Source: a virus (taxonomy: Duplodnaviria > Caudoviricetes). From it: a DNA stretch of 64,000 nucleotides. Below are positions 47,790-57,578 of the stretch, in pieces; the first letter of the stretch is position 1, and the number at the start of each line of letters is the position of its first letter. The stretch is from IMG/VR virus record IMGVR_UViG_3300042997_000909, positions 32,001 to 96,000 of that record; one strand, given 5' to 3'. Position numbers and translations under genes: made by a program. Under the pieces are notes generated by a model. It was not told the DNA's origin. It did no database searches and saw only the letters and a program-made list of their open reading frames with translations.

Positions 47790-49418
47790 ATGGCAACACC
47801 AGTTTTAAACAACGGTCTGTTTCTGAGAGACACGAGCTACAAAGTTTCGTCTCACTTAGATTCATACCACCTAGTTAACATGCTGAAGTCTGCAGAACCA
47901 ATGGATTTGGGTCCTGTTGATCTTTGGGCAATGTCTCAGAAAGTAGAAATGCCTCTTTACCAAATGTCTTCATTTGGAGGTAAGAATACAATTTTGGTAG
48001 ATACACCACGTGGCGAGTACAAGTGGCAAACTCCAATTGTGCAAGACCTTCCATATGTAACTGAGGATATTGAGCCAACAGCTGCTATTCTTGGACAAGA
48101 TGGTACTACTTTCAAACTTAAGTTAAACAGACGTGTATTTGGACATGGTGATATTATCACTTATGACAAGTATCGTGGGTTGGAATTATACATCACTGCT
48201 GATGATATTCTTCCTTCTGCAGATGGTTACATCTACACTGTTCAACTTGTGAACAACAACAACAATGCATCTTTGGATCACAAATATTTGAAACCAGGAA
48301 CTAAATTCTTTAGAAAAGGTTCTGCTCGTGGAGAGTATGGAGAAAGATTCTCTGACATTGGTGAATTGACAAATGGATACCGTGAGTACTACAACTTTGT
48401 TGGTGGTGCTGAAGCTCACGTTCACTATTCAGTATCTTCTCGTGCAGAAATGATGATGAAAGGTGGTCTTAATGCAGATGGTTCAGTTCCTGTAACTGAA
48501 ATCTGGAGAACATTTGACAAAAACTTGGATCCTTCTATTGCGAACATTGACCAAATGTTAGCAGTAATGGGTAAAGAGTATATCAAAAAAGCATATGACA
48601 ATGGTTCATTGACACGTTCTTTCTTGACGAAAATGGAAGCTGCTCACTTGACTAAGATTGCTACTGACATTGAGACTTACTTAATGTGGGGACAAGGTGG
48701 TCGCATCAAGCAAGATGGTCCAGATGATATGAGATTATCTGTTGGACTTTGGGCACAGTTAGATAACTCTTACAAGAGAATCTACAACAAATCAGGATTT
48801 ACTCTTGACTTGTTCCGCTCTGAGATCTTCAACTTCTACAATGGTAAAGTTGAGTTCAAAGGACCAGACCCACAACGTAACTTGATTGTACAAACAGGTA
48901 TGGCAGGTATGAAAATGATCAACCAACAAATCAAGAAAGAGGCGTTTGGTACAGGTCTTACTGTCAACATGGATCAATCAGGTGTTGGTGCAATCTCTGG
49001 AAACAACGCAATGGATTTGAACTTTGGATTCGCATTCACAAGCTACACAATTCCTTTCTTGGCAAATGTGAAGTTTGTATTGAACCCAGCGTTTGACAAC
49101 GTACATACAAATGATATTGAAAACCCAATCATTGATGGTTATCCATTATCTTCTTACAACTTTATTATCTTTGATATCACTGATAACACAAATGACAACA
49201 TCTTCTTGTTGAAATTGAAGTGGGATAGTGAGTTGAAGTGGTTCTACCAAAATGGTACTATGGACTACATGGGACGTTCACAAGGATTCCAGTCTTCTGG
49301 AAACTTCAATGGATACCGTGTCATGATGTCTCAAACAATGCCATCTATTTGGGTTAAAGATCCAACTAAAGTGTTGAAGATAGTTATGAGAAATCCAGTG
49401 ACTGGAGGATCATTCTAA
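47790..49418 (+). CDS. Major capsid protein
   Basis: 542 aa after the scaffold; ends IWVKDPTKVLKIVMRNP; strongly biased codon use. Confidence 0.88.
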   Translation: MATPVLNNGLFLRDTSYKVSSHLDSYHLVNMLKSAEPMDLGPVDLWAMSQKVEMPLYQMSSFGGKNTILVDTPRGEYKWQTPIVQDLPYVTEDIEPTAAILGQDGTTFKLKLNRRVFGHGDIITYDKYRGLELYITADDILPSADGYIYTVQLVNNNNNASLDHKYLKPGTKFFRKGSARGEYGERFSDIGELTNGYREYYNFVGGAEAHVHYSVSSRAEMMMKGGLNADGSVPVTEIWRTFDKNLDPSIANIDQMLAVMGKEYIKKAYDNGSLTRSFLTKMEAAHLTKIATDIETYLMWGQGGRIKQDGPDDMRLSVGLWAQLDNSYKRIYNKSGFTLDLFRSEIFNFYNGKVEFKGPDPQRNLIVQTGMAGMKMINQQIKKEAFGTGLTVNMDQSGVGAISGNNAMDLNFGFAFTSYTIPFLANVKFVLNPAFDNVHTNDIENPIIDGYPLSSYNFIIFDITDNTNDNIFLLKLKWDSELKWFYQNGTMDYMGRSQGFQSSGNFNGYRVMMSQTMPSIWVKDPTKVLKIVMRNPVTGGSF

Positions 49419-49429
49419 GGACGCTCCAC

Positions 49430-49530
49430 CTCCTCAATATCAGATGTGAATCTGATGGAAGCAACGCTAAGAGGGATTAATTCCCTCTTGGTACTCTCAA
49501 AAGTAACAGCCTTGACGTGGCTTGAGAGCT
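49430..49530 (+). ncRNA. Structured RNA element after the capsid gene
   Basis: Three consecutive stems, one GNRA-capped, with no U-tract. Confidence 0.5.
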
Positions 49531-49601
49531 AAGTAGCAGAAATGCAAAACCAATGTTACACAGAAGAAAAGAAGAAAAACCCAAAACAAAAAAAAAGAAA
49601 G

Positions 49602-50618
49602 ATGGAAAACATGACTGTAGTTGAAAAAGACAGAGGACTGAAGCGAACAAGTTCAGTCTCAATTAAGCCTTTTGTAAATGGTTCAGTGTCAAATATGGGA
49701 CTGGAGAAATATGAGATGGCTGTATTTGAAGGAGTTGTTCATGAAGAAGTTGTTGCATGCTTGGAATTCAATGGAATTAAAAGATATGTGACAGGTTTGA
49801 ATGAGTTTGCTCCTGAGATAAAAAGTTTACCAACAGATGAGCGTGAGGCTGCTGTTAAAGAAATCAGAACAGTAGTTGCTCAATTAGAAAAAGAATTAGC
49901 ATCAAACTACATTGATCCAAAGGATGAGAACTTTTGGAACAAGGTTACATTGCTAAGACCTGACAACTCTGAGTTCTGGGAAAAAATTGTATTGAGAATG
50001 GGTAATGACCCAATTTTTTTAGATCCAACACTTGATCCATATGACCTTATTAAATTAAGAGCAATTCAAGCAGGTGGATTTTCATTAGTAGCAAAATCAT
50101 TTGACCATGCTAGAACAAGTCCAACACACAAGTTCTACTTGGATAAATTTGAAGAAACTGTTACTATCAAGACTGAGGTTAAAAAATTACGCAACAAAGC
50201 GTTGGCAGAACTTCAAAAACTTTATGACAAGAATGCTAACAAGTTATTCTTGATTGCTAAGATTATTGATTCTAACTCTACTCAGTACAAAAAGTCAACA
50301 CCAAATGATGTACTTTATGACAATATGGACAAATACATCAATGGAGAAACTGTTGATAAGGATAAAAAGAAAACTGCAGCAAGATTCTTAGAGGTTAGTA
50401 ATTATGATATGGAAACATTGAAATTACGTTCTCTAGTGAAAGATGGCAATTATTATAAAGTTATTGCAACGCGTGGTGATGGTAATATTTACCATATGTC
50501 AAGTGGTGCATTACTTGGCAAAACTCCAGCTGATGTAGCTGAGTACTTGAAGAATCCTCTAAACGAAGAGATTCTTATGGATATCACAAGAAATGTTGAA
50601 CAACACTGGAATAGCTAA
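49602..50618 (+). CDS. Crassvirus capsid-module protein (gene after MCP)
   Basis: Position; start set at MENM (49602). Confidence 0.75.
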   Translation: MENMTVVEKDRGLKRTSSVSIKPFVNGSVSNMGLEKYEMAVFEGVVHEEVVACLEFNGIKRYVTGLNEFAPEIKSLPTDEREAAVKEIRTVVAQLEKELASNYIDPKDENFWNKVTLLRPDNSEFWEKIVLRMGNDPIFLDPTLDPYDLIKLRAIQAGGFSLVAKSFDHARTSPTHKFYLDKFEETVTIKTEVKKLRNKALAELQKLYDKNANKLFLIAKIIDSNSTQYKKSTPNDVLYDNMDKYINGETVDKDKKKTAARFLEVSNYDMETLKLRSLVKDGNYYKVIATRGDGNIYHMSSGALLGKTPADVAEYLKNPLNEEILMDITRNVEQHWNS

Positions 50619-51319
50619 TGGATAATAATCTTCTCAGAATTAAGATATATGAGCGTTTGAATAAACTCGCTTCATTTGACTATGACAATATTGAATGCTG
50701 GCAGATATCTGAAGCATTTAATAAGGCACAGATTGAATGGATACGTAGACAGATACATATTAGTCCTAATCATACAGATTCTGATGAGTCATCCAAAATG
50801 CAAATTGATGATATTCAAAATATTCTTTTAACAGATGATATTGCTATTAACAAGCAAGATTTGTTTTATGAAACAGAGTTAATACCAACAGACTACTTGT
50901 ATTTTAAACGTGTGTCGATAAAAGGTGTAAAAGATTGTTGTCCTCCAAGAGCACTTACAGTATATCTTGATGAAGCAGCAGATGTTGACAACCTTTTGTC
51001 TGATGAGTTTAAAAGACCAAGTTGGGAGTGGGGTGAAACATTTTGTACTATGCAAAGTAATAAAATTCGCATATACACAAACAATGAGTTTGAAATAGTA
51101 GAACCAACTCTTACATACTATAGAAAACCAAGACTTGTTGAATTTGCAGGATGCATAAATCCTTCAACAGGAATTGCATCAGTGGCAGATGTAATATGTG
51201 AGTTTAAAGATGATGTTGTAGAAGTTATGATTGATAATGCAGTTTCTATTATTGCAGGAGATATTGAATCTTTCAACCAAATGTCTCGTAACCAGCAGAA
51301 TGCATCAATAAATGACTAA
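50618..51319 (+). CDS. Putative ring/head-tail connector protein
   Basis: LNKL.S....I...FNKAQ, LTYYRKP; position in the module. Confidence 0.65.
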   Translation: MDNNLLRIKIYERLNKLASFDYDNIECWQISEAFNKAQIEWIRRQIHISPNHTDSDESSKMQIDDIQNILLTDDIAINKQDLFYETELIPTDYLYFKRVSIKGVKDCCPPRALTVYLDEAADVDNLLSDEFKRPSWEWGETFCTMQSNKIRIYTNNEFEIVEPTLTYYRKPRLVEFAGCINPSTGIASVADVICEFKDDVVEVMIDNAVSIIAGDIESFNQMSRNQQNASIND

Positions 51320-51331
51320 AACAAATAAATA

Positions 51332-51811
51332 ATGGAAGATTTTGCAGGATCATATATGTTAAAAAGAAGACCTCTAAAAGGCGCACTAGGTGACTCAGAA
51401 GGTTATCACAACTCTGAGTATCCTCTTGACCAAGAAGTGGCAGAATTAGGATATGAACTTATGACAGCAGCAACATGCTTTCACAAGTTGCATCTAAAAG
51501 TAAAAGATCTTGGTTCTTTTGCAGCTCATTTAGCTTTAAAAGAGTTGTATGAAGCACTATCAGATCATGCAGATACTTTGATAGAAAGCTATCAAGGAGC
51601 TGTAGAAAGAATAATAGAATGTTCTCACGAGGAAGAAAAATCAAAAAAAGTTTGCAATTCTGTAGAAGATGCATTATCTTATATACGAGAGCTTACTGGT
51701 GAGATCACAGAACTACAAGCTATGATACCATATAGTGAAATAGTAAATGACCTTGACACTGTCAAATCAACTTTGAACTCTGCCAAGTATAAACTTAAAT
51801 TTTTGAAGTAA
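51332..51811 (+). CDS. Ferritin/Dps-like four-helix protein (DUF5856-like)
   Basis: HKLHL...SFAAHLAL.ELYE..D.LIESYQG, KYKLKFL. Confidence 0.75.
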   Translation: MEDFAGSYMLKRRPLKGALGDSEGYHNSEYPLDQEVAELGYELMTAATCFHKLHLKVKDLGSFAAHLALKELYEALSDHADTLIESYQGAVERIIECSHEEEKSKKVCNSVEDALSYIRELTGEITELQAMIPYSEIVNDLDTVKSTLNSAKYKLKFLK

Positions 51812-51848
51812 TAGTTTTTTTTTGTTTAATTTTTAAATTGTAAATGTT

Positions 51849-53390
51849 ATGAGTTATTTTCCACACGCGTTTCAGAAAATGTTAGTTGGGACGCACCCAG
51901 CAGGAGCAGCAACACCTGTTCCATTTCCAAGTCCAGCACCAGCTACTACAGTAGCTATTCCAGCTGGTCAAATTGGTATTGTCAATGCTTTGACAAATGT
52001 TCCAATTGACCCTGCAGTAGCTCCAGGTTTTGGTACTGGCGTTAACCAATATACGCAAGTATATTTGGCACAAGGTAGTTTCCACCTAAATGACAAGATT
52101 GGTCCTTTCCATGGAGGTTATAAGGAAACTGTAAAGTCAAAAGGTATTAATGCTAAACTTGTTAGTTCTTTTTACAGAACTGACCCTGCTCAACCAGTTA
52201 ATGAGGTGGTTGAGGTATGTCAAACAAACTGCGGTCTTGATTGTGATACAATGTATGACTTACGTATTGACATCAAAGGTTCACCAGCATTACGCTTTTT
52301 GAATCACAATTTGTACCAAACCCTTAGTGCATACTCTGGATGTTGTACATTTTCAGGTGGTTCTACAACTCCTGATAAAGTTGATCCAACTGTAGTTTTA
52401 CTACAATGGGCTAACCAAATCAATGGATTGTTTGACGCAAATGGTTTACCAGTAGTTGGTGGTAACAGTTCTATTCCATTCTTAAATCAGTTTGTAAATG
52501 CTGTAGTATGGGTTAAAACTGCATTAAACACAACTGCAACTGGTGTGGCTGGTGCTTCAACAATCACTGTAGTTTCTGCTGGTTCAGGTGCTACTGCAAT
52601 CCAAGCTGGTAATAAAGTAAAAGTAGCTGGTTACAGTGCTTATGTAGGCCCAACTTATACTACTGGAACATCAATTCCATTGGTAAATGCAGATGGTACT
52701 CCATTCATTATTCCAGTTCCAGGAATCCCTGCATTGTCAGCGGTTAAATTCTACAGAACTACAACTAGTGCAGCATATACTCCTGCAACAGGAGCAGCTG
52801 CTGTAACAGTTGATTCTTGTATGGACATCGTTGGTGCTTACATGGACACAGTATTTGGTGATTGTTCATTCAATCCTAATGACCATTTTGAAACAGAACC
52901 AATTTTGATTTATGCTTCTGTTGCATCTTACGCAAACAACTCAAATGACATTAATCCTGGAAACGGTGATTCATGTGTTGTGTCTTGTTTTGTGATCAAT
53001 GAGATTCAGCAAGCTAAACAAGGAAAAGGATTTGGTGAAACTTTAGTTCGTGAGTTAATCCTTGCTAAGCGTTACCAACAAGAACCTTGGTATCAAGATC
53101 CACGTATGCGTGAAGTAATGCAAGATACAACTCTTGGAACTAGCAATGCTGGTGGACCAGAGATTGTTCGTGGTAACAAGTATAGTGTTTATTACTTGCT
53201 ACATAGCATTCCACGTAAGAGCAACCCAACAGGTGTTTATGACAATGATCAATATTTAATTAAAATTGTTGTTCCTTCATATTTAACTGCAGCAGGTGCT
53301 ACTTTGACAAGTTTGAATAACTTCCAAACTTGGTGGAATACTTGGTTAGCAGCAGCTCAAGCTGGTGTAACTTTACAGGTTGTTGCGTAA
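51849..53390 (+). CDS. Structural protein (possible auxiliary capsid protein)
   Basis: 513 aa Ala/Thr/Pro-rich; followed by a terminator. Confidence 0.65.
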   Translation: MSYFPHAFQKMLVGTHPAGAATPVPFPSPAPATTVAIPAGQIGIVNALTNVPIDPAVAPGFGTGVNQYTQVYLAQGSFHLNDKIGPFHGGYKETVKSKGINAKLVSSFYRTDPAQPVNEVVEVCQTNCGLDCDTMYDLRIDIKGSPALRFLNHNLYQTLSAYSGCCTFSGGSTTPDKVDPTVVLLQWANQINGLFDANGLPVVGGNSSIPFLNQFVNAVVWVKTALNTTATGVAGASTITVVSAGSGATAIQAGNKVKVAGYSAYVGPTYTTGTSIPLVNADGTPFIIPVPGIPALSAVKFYRTTTSAAYTPATGAAAVTVDSCMDIVGAYMDTVFGDCSFNPNDHFETEPILIYASVASYANNSNDINPGNGDSCVVSCFVINEIQQAKQGKGFGETLVRELILAKRYQQEPWYQDPRMREVMQDTTLGTSNAGGPEIVRGNKYSVYYLLHSIPRKSNPTGVYDNDQYLIKIVVPSYLTAAGATLTSLNNFQTWWNTWLAAAQAGVTLQVVA

Positions 53391-53414
53391 TTGCAAATCT
53401 GGCTACTATAGACA

Positions 53415-53457
53415 AAGAGGAAAAGAAGGGCATCACGCTCTTCTTTTTCTTTTTTTT
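53415..53457 (+). terminator. Intrinsic terminator
   Basis: AAAAGAAGGGC-ATCAC-GCTCTTCTTTT followed by a long T run. Confidence 0.75.
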
Positions 53458-53518
53458 GTTGTATCTTTAAGGAAATTTTCTTAAATTTTATTGAAGGGTA
53501 TTATTAAAACCTCAAACT

Positions 53519-54076
53519 ATGGCAATAAAACATATTTTACAGTTGGATGTACCTGAAACAGCTTGTGAGAACATTCTCAGAGTTGTGGATACATCTATAT
53601 ATGCTGATCCAAATTTGCTACCAATTGAATGTCAACAACTTGATATTACTCTACCTGGTACAAACCAACCAATATATATAACCGCTGGGCTTACACCAAA
53701 TTTCTGTGAAGTGTTTGATGCAACAGATTTAGGTATAGCATGCCCTCCAGGATCACCACTACATGATGGTGTATATACTATTAGATACAGCATTTCTCCA
53801 AATGACGTGACACATATCACGTACTACCATCTAAGAACAACATCTACACTGAATAGATATTTTGGAGAAATTTGCAAATTACACTTAGAAGAGTGTGAAC
53901 CTGCTTCAGAAGAAAGACAAAAACTTAATGACCTGCGATATATCAAAATGCTAATTGATGCAGCAAAAGCTAAAGTTGAATACTGTCATGCACCAACACA
54001 AGGTGTAGACATGCTTGCTTATGCAAACAGATTACTTGATAACTATATTATGGGTTGTTGTATAACATGTAGATAA
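53519..54076 (+). CDS. Putative tail hub protein
   Basis: LHDGVYTIRYSISP; position. Confidence 0.55.
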   Translation: MAIKHILQLDVPETACENILRVVDTSIYADPNLLPIECQQLDITLPGTNQPIYITAGLTPNFCEVFDATDLGIACPPGSPLHDGVYTIRYSISPNDVTHITYYHLRTTSTLNRYFGEICKLHLEECEPASEERQKLNDLRYIKMLIDAAKAKVEYCHAPTQGVDMLAYANRLLDNYIMGCCITCR

Positions 54077-54087
54077 AACAGAAGATT

Positions 54088-54267
54088 ATGAAATGCCAAA
54101 ATTGTGGAAACAAATTAACGTGTGGTTGCCAACAAAAGATTGCAAGTAATGGCAAATCTGTATGTGCAAATTGTATTGCAGCGTATGAAAGTTCTTTAAG
54201 ACCAAACATTACGCCACAGAATCAACCATATATATGGGACATACCAAAAAATTATTATCCTAAATAA
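54088..54267 (+). CDS. Small Zn-finger protein (59 aa, below the ORF-track cutoff)
   Basis: MKCQNCGNKLTCGCQQKIASNGKSVCANC. Confidence 0.7.
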   Translation: MKCQNCGNKLTCGCQQKIASNGKSVCANCIAAYESSLRPNITPQNQPYIWDIPKNYYPK

Positions 54268-54268
54268 C

Positions 54269-54493
54269 ATGAGCGCACTGACATACATAAATGAACTTTT
54301 TGCTGATTCTTTATACCAAGAGTTTAACAAAGATCGTTATGGATTGAAAGGTTGTAAAAAACGCCTTGATCCAGATTATGCGTATGAAATGAAGGCTCTG
54401 TATGAAAGAGGATTAGAACGCAAAAACTGCAATTTAACAAGTAATTGTTGTTGTACTTTTGAAGCAATAGAAGAACAAATTAATACATTGTAG
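54269..54493 (+). CDS. Small structural/hypothetical protein
   Basis: 74 aa, Cys-containing. Confidence 0.65.
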   Translation: MSALTYINELFADSLYQEFNKDRYGLKGCKKRLDPDYAYEMKALYERGLERKNCNLTSNCCCTFEAIEEQINTL

Positions 54494-56080
54494 ATGAAAC
54501 CAGTATCTTCAAACATAGACAAGTACAGAAAAGGTGGCTGCATGCCAATCTCTGCATCTTGCGTTACATGGGATGGCCCTGATATTTCTTGCATAAACTT
54601 ATGCAAAGGGGATACAATTGATGTTGTTATATACGAGTTAGCTAAAATATTATGTGATATTACTGAAAATGTTTTGGATGTTACAACACTTGATTTTGAG
54701 TGTTTAGTTGAAAATGGACAATGTCCACCAGAAACACTTTTAGAAACATTGCAATTATTGATAACAAATGCTTGTACAACACCAACACCTCCAGATCCTC
54801 CTGGACCAACTCCTTTACCAAACGTTGATTTACCAGAGTGTCTTTGGTATGTAGATGGTGAAGGTGATACTGTAACAGCGTTACCTCTTGATGAATATGT
54901 TGAATACTTGGCATCTCAAATTTGTCAGATTTTAACTGATATAGGTAGTATTAATGCAGTAATTACATCTCTCAATACAAGGGTAACTATTCTTGAAGCT
55001 GCTATTGGTGGAGGTGGAGGTAGTTCACCAGTAATTAATATTACTACAAAATGTTTAAGTGGTAGTGCACCTGGACAGGTTCTACCAATAACTACTGCGT
55101 TCTCAAACTTAGAACAAAAACTTTGTGAATATCTGGCATTACTTGGCACATTAACAGAGTGGCAAACAATGTTTGATAATATCTGTATTGATAATACTAC
55201 AACATTGCCTTGTGGTACTGGAACTTATGGTGATATAGCTGGTTGGATAACTGATCCACAAACTGTCGCTGGTTCAATAAATAATCTATGGCTGGTTGTT
55301 TGCAAGATAAATGATTGCATATCAGGATCATCTGAATTACCATGTGTTATAGTTCCACCTGTATCAGCATCATTATCCAATTTGACTACTACAAGTTGTA
55401 GAGTAAATTGGGTTCCTCCATCTACACCAACATCGCAAGCTCCTATTTCTTATAAGATTGAAGTTTTCAACTTGTCAGGAACAATACCACCATTAATTAG
55501 TGTAATTGTAGGCACTACACCAAATTATTACAATATAGTTGATCCTGCAATTGTTGCTGGTACTCAATACATTGTAAAAGTGGCTGCTATTTTTGATTGT
55601 GGAAATTCTTCTACTGTACAAACACAAGGGGTATTAAAAGATAATCCATATGTTGCAAAATTGTTTTACGCAAAAACAGTTGAATCAAGTACTGCAAAAA
55701 TATGTACTAACCCAGTATCTGGTATAGCTACTCCTTATACAGAAAGAATTGACAGAATTACAATGTCACTTAAAGATGGATCTGGCAATCCTGTATTAAA
55801 TTCAGGTTCTCAGATTGACACAGTAATCACTCTAAAAAGAGATGCATGTACTGGTCCAGATATATATATTAATTTGACAATTTCAATACCAACAGGATTT
55901 AGTACAGGATTTGCTACGTTTGTTGCATTTCAAGATGTATATTGTGTTGGACTTAGTACAACTTGTCAATTACAAACTACTACAGTTTCTTGTTGGGATG
56001 GTTCTACTTATACAGGTGGAGCACCACTGCCAACAACAATAGGAATAGACACATCATTATCAGGATTAGGCACATGTTAA
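54494..56080 (+). CDS. Cys-rich fibre/structural protein with FN3-like domain
   Basis: N-terminal CV.W.GPDI.C..LCKGDT module; TTTSCRVNWVPP..YKIEV..GTQYIVKV. Confidence 0.7.
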   Translation: MKPVSSNIDKYRKGGCMPISASCVTWDGPDISCINLCKGDTIDVVIYELAKILCDITENVLDVTTLDFECLVENGQCPPETLLETLQLLITNACTTPTPPDPPGPTPLPNVDLPECLWYVDGEGDTVTALPLDEYVEYLASQICQILTDIGSINAVITSLNTRVTILEAAIGGGGGSSPVINITTKCLSGSAPGQVLPITTAFSNLEQKLCEYLALLGTLTEWQTMFDNICIDNTTTLPCGTGTYGDIAGWITDPQTVAGSINNLWLVVCKINDCISGSSELPCVIVPPVSASLSNLTTTSCRVNWVPPSTPTSQAPISYKIEVFNLSGTIPPLISVIVGTTPNYYNIVDPAIVAGTQYIVKVAAIFDCGNSSTVQTQGVLKDNPYVAKLFYAKTVESSTAKICTNPVSGIATPYTERIDRITMSLKDGSGNPVLNSGSQIDTVITLKRDACTGPDIYINLTISIPTGFSTGFATFVAFQDVYCVGLSTTCQLQTTTVSCWDGSTYTGGAPLPTTIGIDTSLSGLGTC

Positions 56081-56096
56081 AAAAAAAATATGAATT

Positions 56097-56846
56097 ATGT
56101 ATAGTAAAGATGGATGTATGAAAACTTCTTCAAACTGTGTAATCTGGGAAGGTCCAGATATACCATGTTTGAAGTTATGCAAAGGTGACACAATCACTGA
56201 AGTGCTTTTCAAACTTGCAACAAAGTTTTGTGACACGCTTGTTATGCTTGATCCAAGCACATATGATATTTCATGTTTTAATTATATTGGGTGTCCACCT
56301 GAAGATTTTGCTGAGCTGTTTCAAATTGTAATAGATCAGATATGTACCATACAACTCCTACCTGGCCCTCCAGGAACAAAAGGTGCAGATGGTGCAGATG
56401 GCAAAAGTGGTAACTATGTAAAAGTTGAAGAGGTATTGATTGGTAGTCCATTTTGTCCATGTGGTGGTGTAGAAATACAACTATACAATGGCATATCAAA
56501 TACAATCATCAATAGATACTATGCTTGTACTGGATGTAATGGTACAGCTGGCACAACAGGTCCTCAGGGTCCTCAAGGAGCTGATGGTTCTCAGGGTCCA
56601 AGAGGTGCAACTGGTCCACAAGGTCCAGCAGGGCCAGCAGGGCCAAGTATATATACAGGTCCAGATCTTATTTGTCAAGGTGAAACAATATTGTTATCAG
56701 GAATGCAATTCTCGCAAGCATTGATTAATATTGTTACATATGTGCAAAAGATAAATAATATTGATTGTAACCAAACGCCATGTACAAATGGGTATGTAGC
56801 AATAACTGATTATGTTTTAGAAGAATGGGCAAAAGTACCTGCATAA
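56097..56846 (+). CDS. Cys-rich collagen-like fibre protein
   Basis: Same N-terminal module; G-X-Y repeats (GPQGPQGADGSQGPRG). Confidence 0.75.
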   Translation: MYSKDGCMKTSSNCVIWEGPDIPCLKLCKGDTITEVLFKLATKFCDTLVMLDPSTYDISCFNYIGCPPEDFAELFQIVIDQICTIQLLPGPPGTKGADGADGKSGNYVKVEEVLIGSPFCPCGGVEIQLYNGISNTIINRYYACTGCNGTAGTTGPQGPQGADGSQGPRGATGPQGPAGPAGPSIYTGPDLICQGETILLSGMQFSQALINIVTYVQKINNIDCNQTPCTNGYVAITDYVLEEWAKVPA

Positions 56847-56873
56847 AATGTTTATTAAAAAATAGAAAATACT

Positions 56874-57554
56874 ATGATTACTGATACAGCTGCCATAGCA
56901 CCTCGTCCTGATTCTCCATTTTGGATACTGTACGATATACTTGATACAGGACAAAACTATCCAACTGGAAGTCCAAATGTATGTTGTCCTTCATGTGGAC
57001 CTTACATTATAAGTTCAGTAGAAACTTTTTTAAAGTATGCAGAGGCTGTGGGTTATCCACAAAATTGTTGTGCATGTTGCTTAAATGCCTATGCAGCTCC
57101 AGAAGTAATAGCTGTACTTGAAAAGGCACTTAGTCGTCAACCAATACCTAAGCCAGCATTAGCAAAAGCTGCAATAGCAGAACCTGTTCCTACTAATGAG
57201 TTTTATCTAGGGTGCACAAATCATTTTACAGAAGAAGTGGAAAGTTTAAAGTTATTACTTACGCCAACAGAACAGTTAGATTTTGCTGACATAGGCATTG
57301 TGGAATATGGAAGTTTAAATGCTGATTTAACATCAAATGTATCTGACTTAAAAGCAATGCTTGTTGCGTTTTTTACAGCGCCTGGTAACTTGTTGACATA
57401 TGGTGCAATGCTAGAAAACTTATTGAGTATAGGTTTCGTTCTATGGTGTGCAAATGGTAGAACATATCTATCATCAGTAGAAAACTATTTGAAATGGGCT
57501 GAGGCAGTGGGAGTAGCAAAAGGAAGAGAAGCAACATATGCAAAAGAAATATAA
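56874..57554 (+). CDS. Structural/hypothetical protein with internal repeat
   Basis: SSVE..LK.AEAVG occurs twice. Confidence 0.7.
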   Translation: MITDTAAIAPRPDSPFWILYDILDTGQNYPTGSPNVCCPSCGPYIISSVETFLKYAEAVGYPQNCCACCLNAYAAPEVIAVLEKALSRQPIPKPALAKAAIAEPVPTNEFYLGCTNHFTEEVESLKLLLTPTEQLDFADIGIVEYGSLNADLTSNVSDLKAMLVAFFTAPGNLLTYGAMLENLLSIGFVLWCANGRTYLSSVENYLKWAEAVGVAKGREATYAKEI

Positions 57555-57578
57555 ATTATAAATTTAAAATAAACAGAA

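Noticed and set aside
357-49418. Inteins or introns in polB, terL, portal or capsid genes
   Set aside because: Lengths are ordinary, frames are uninterrupted and no intein junction motifs were seen
49450-49470. Hammerhead ribozyme (CUGAUG)
   Set aside because: Reads CUGAUGG rather than CUGAUGA, and no correctly placed GAAA or stem arrangement is present
56070-56105. Frameshift at the poly-A run fusing two fibre genes
   Set aside because: Both shifted frames hit stops within a few codons
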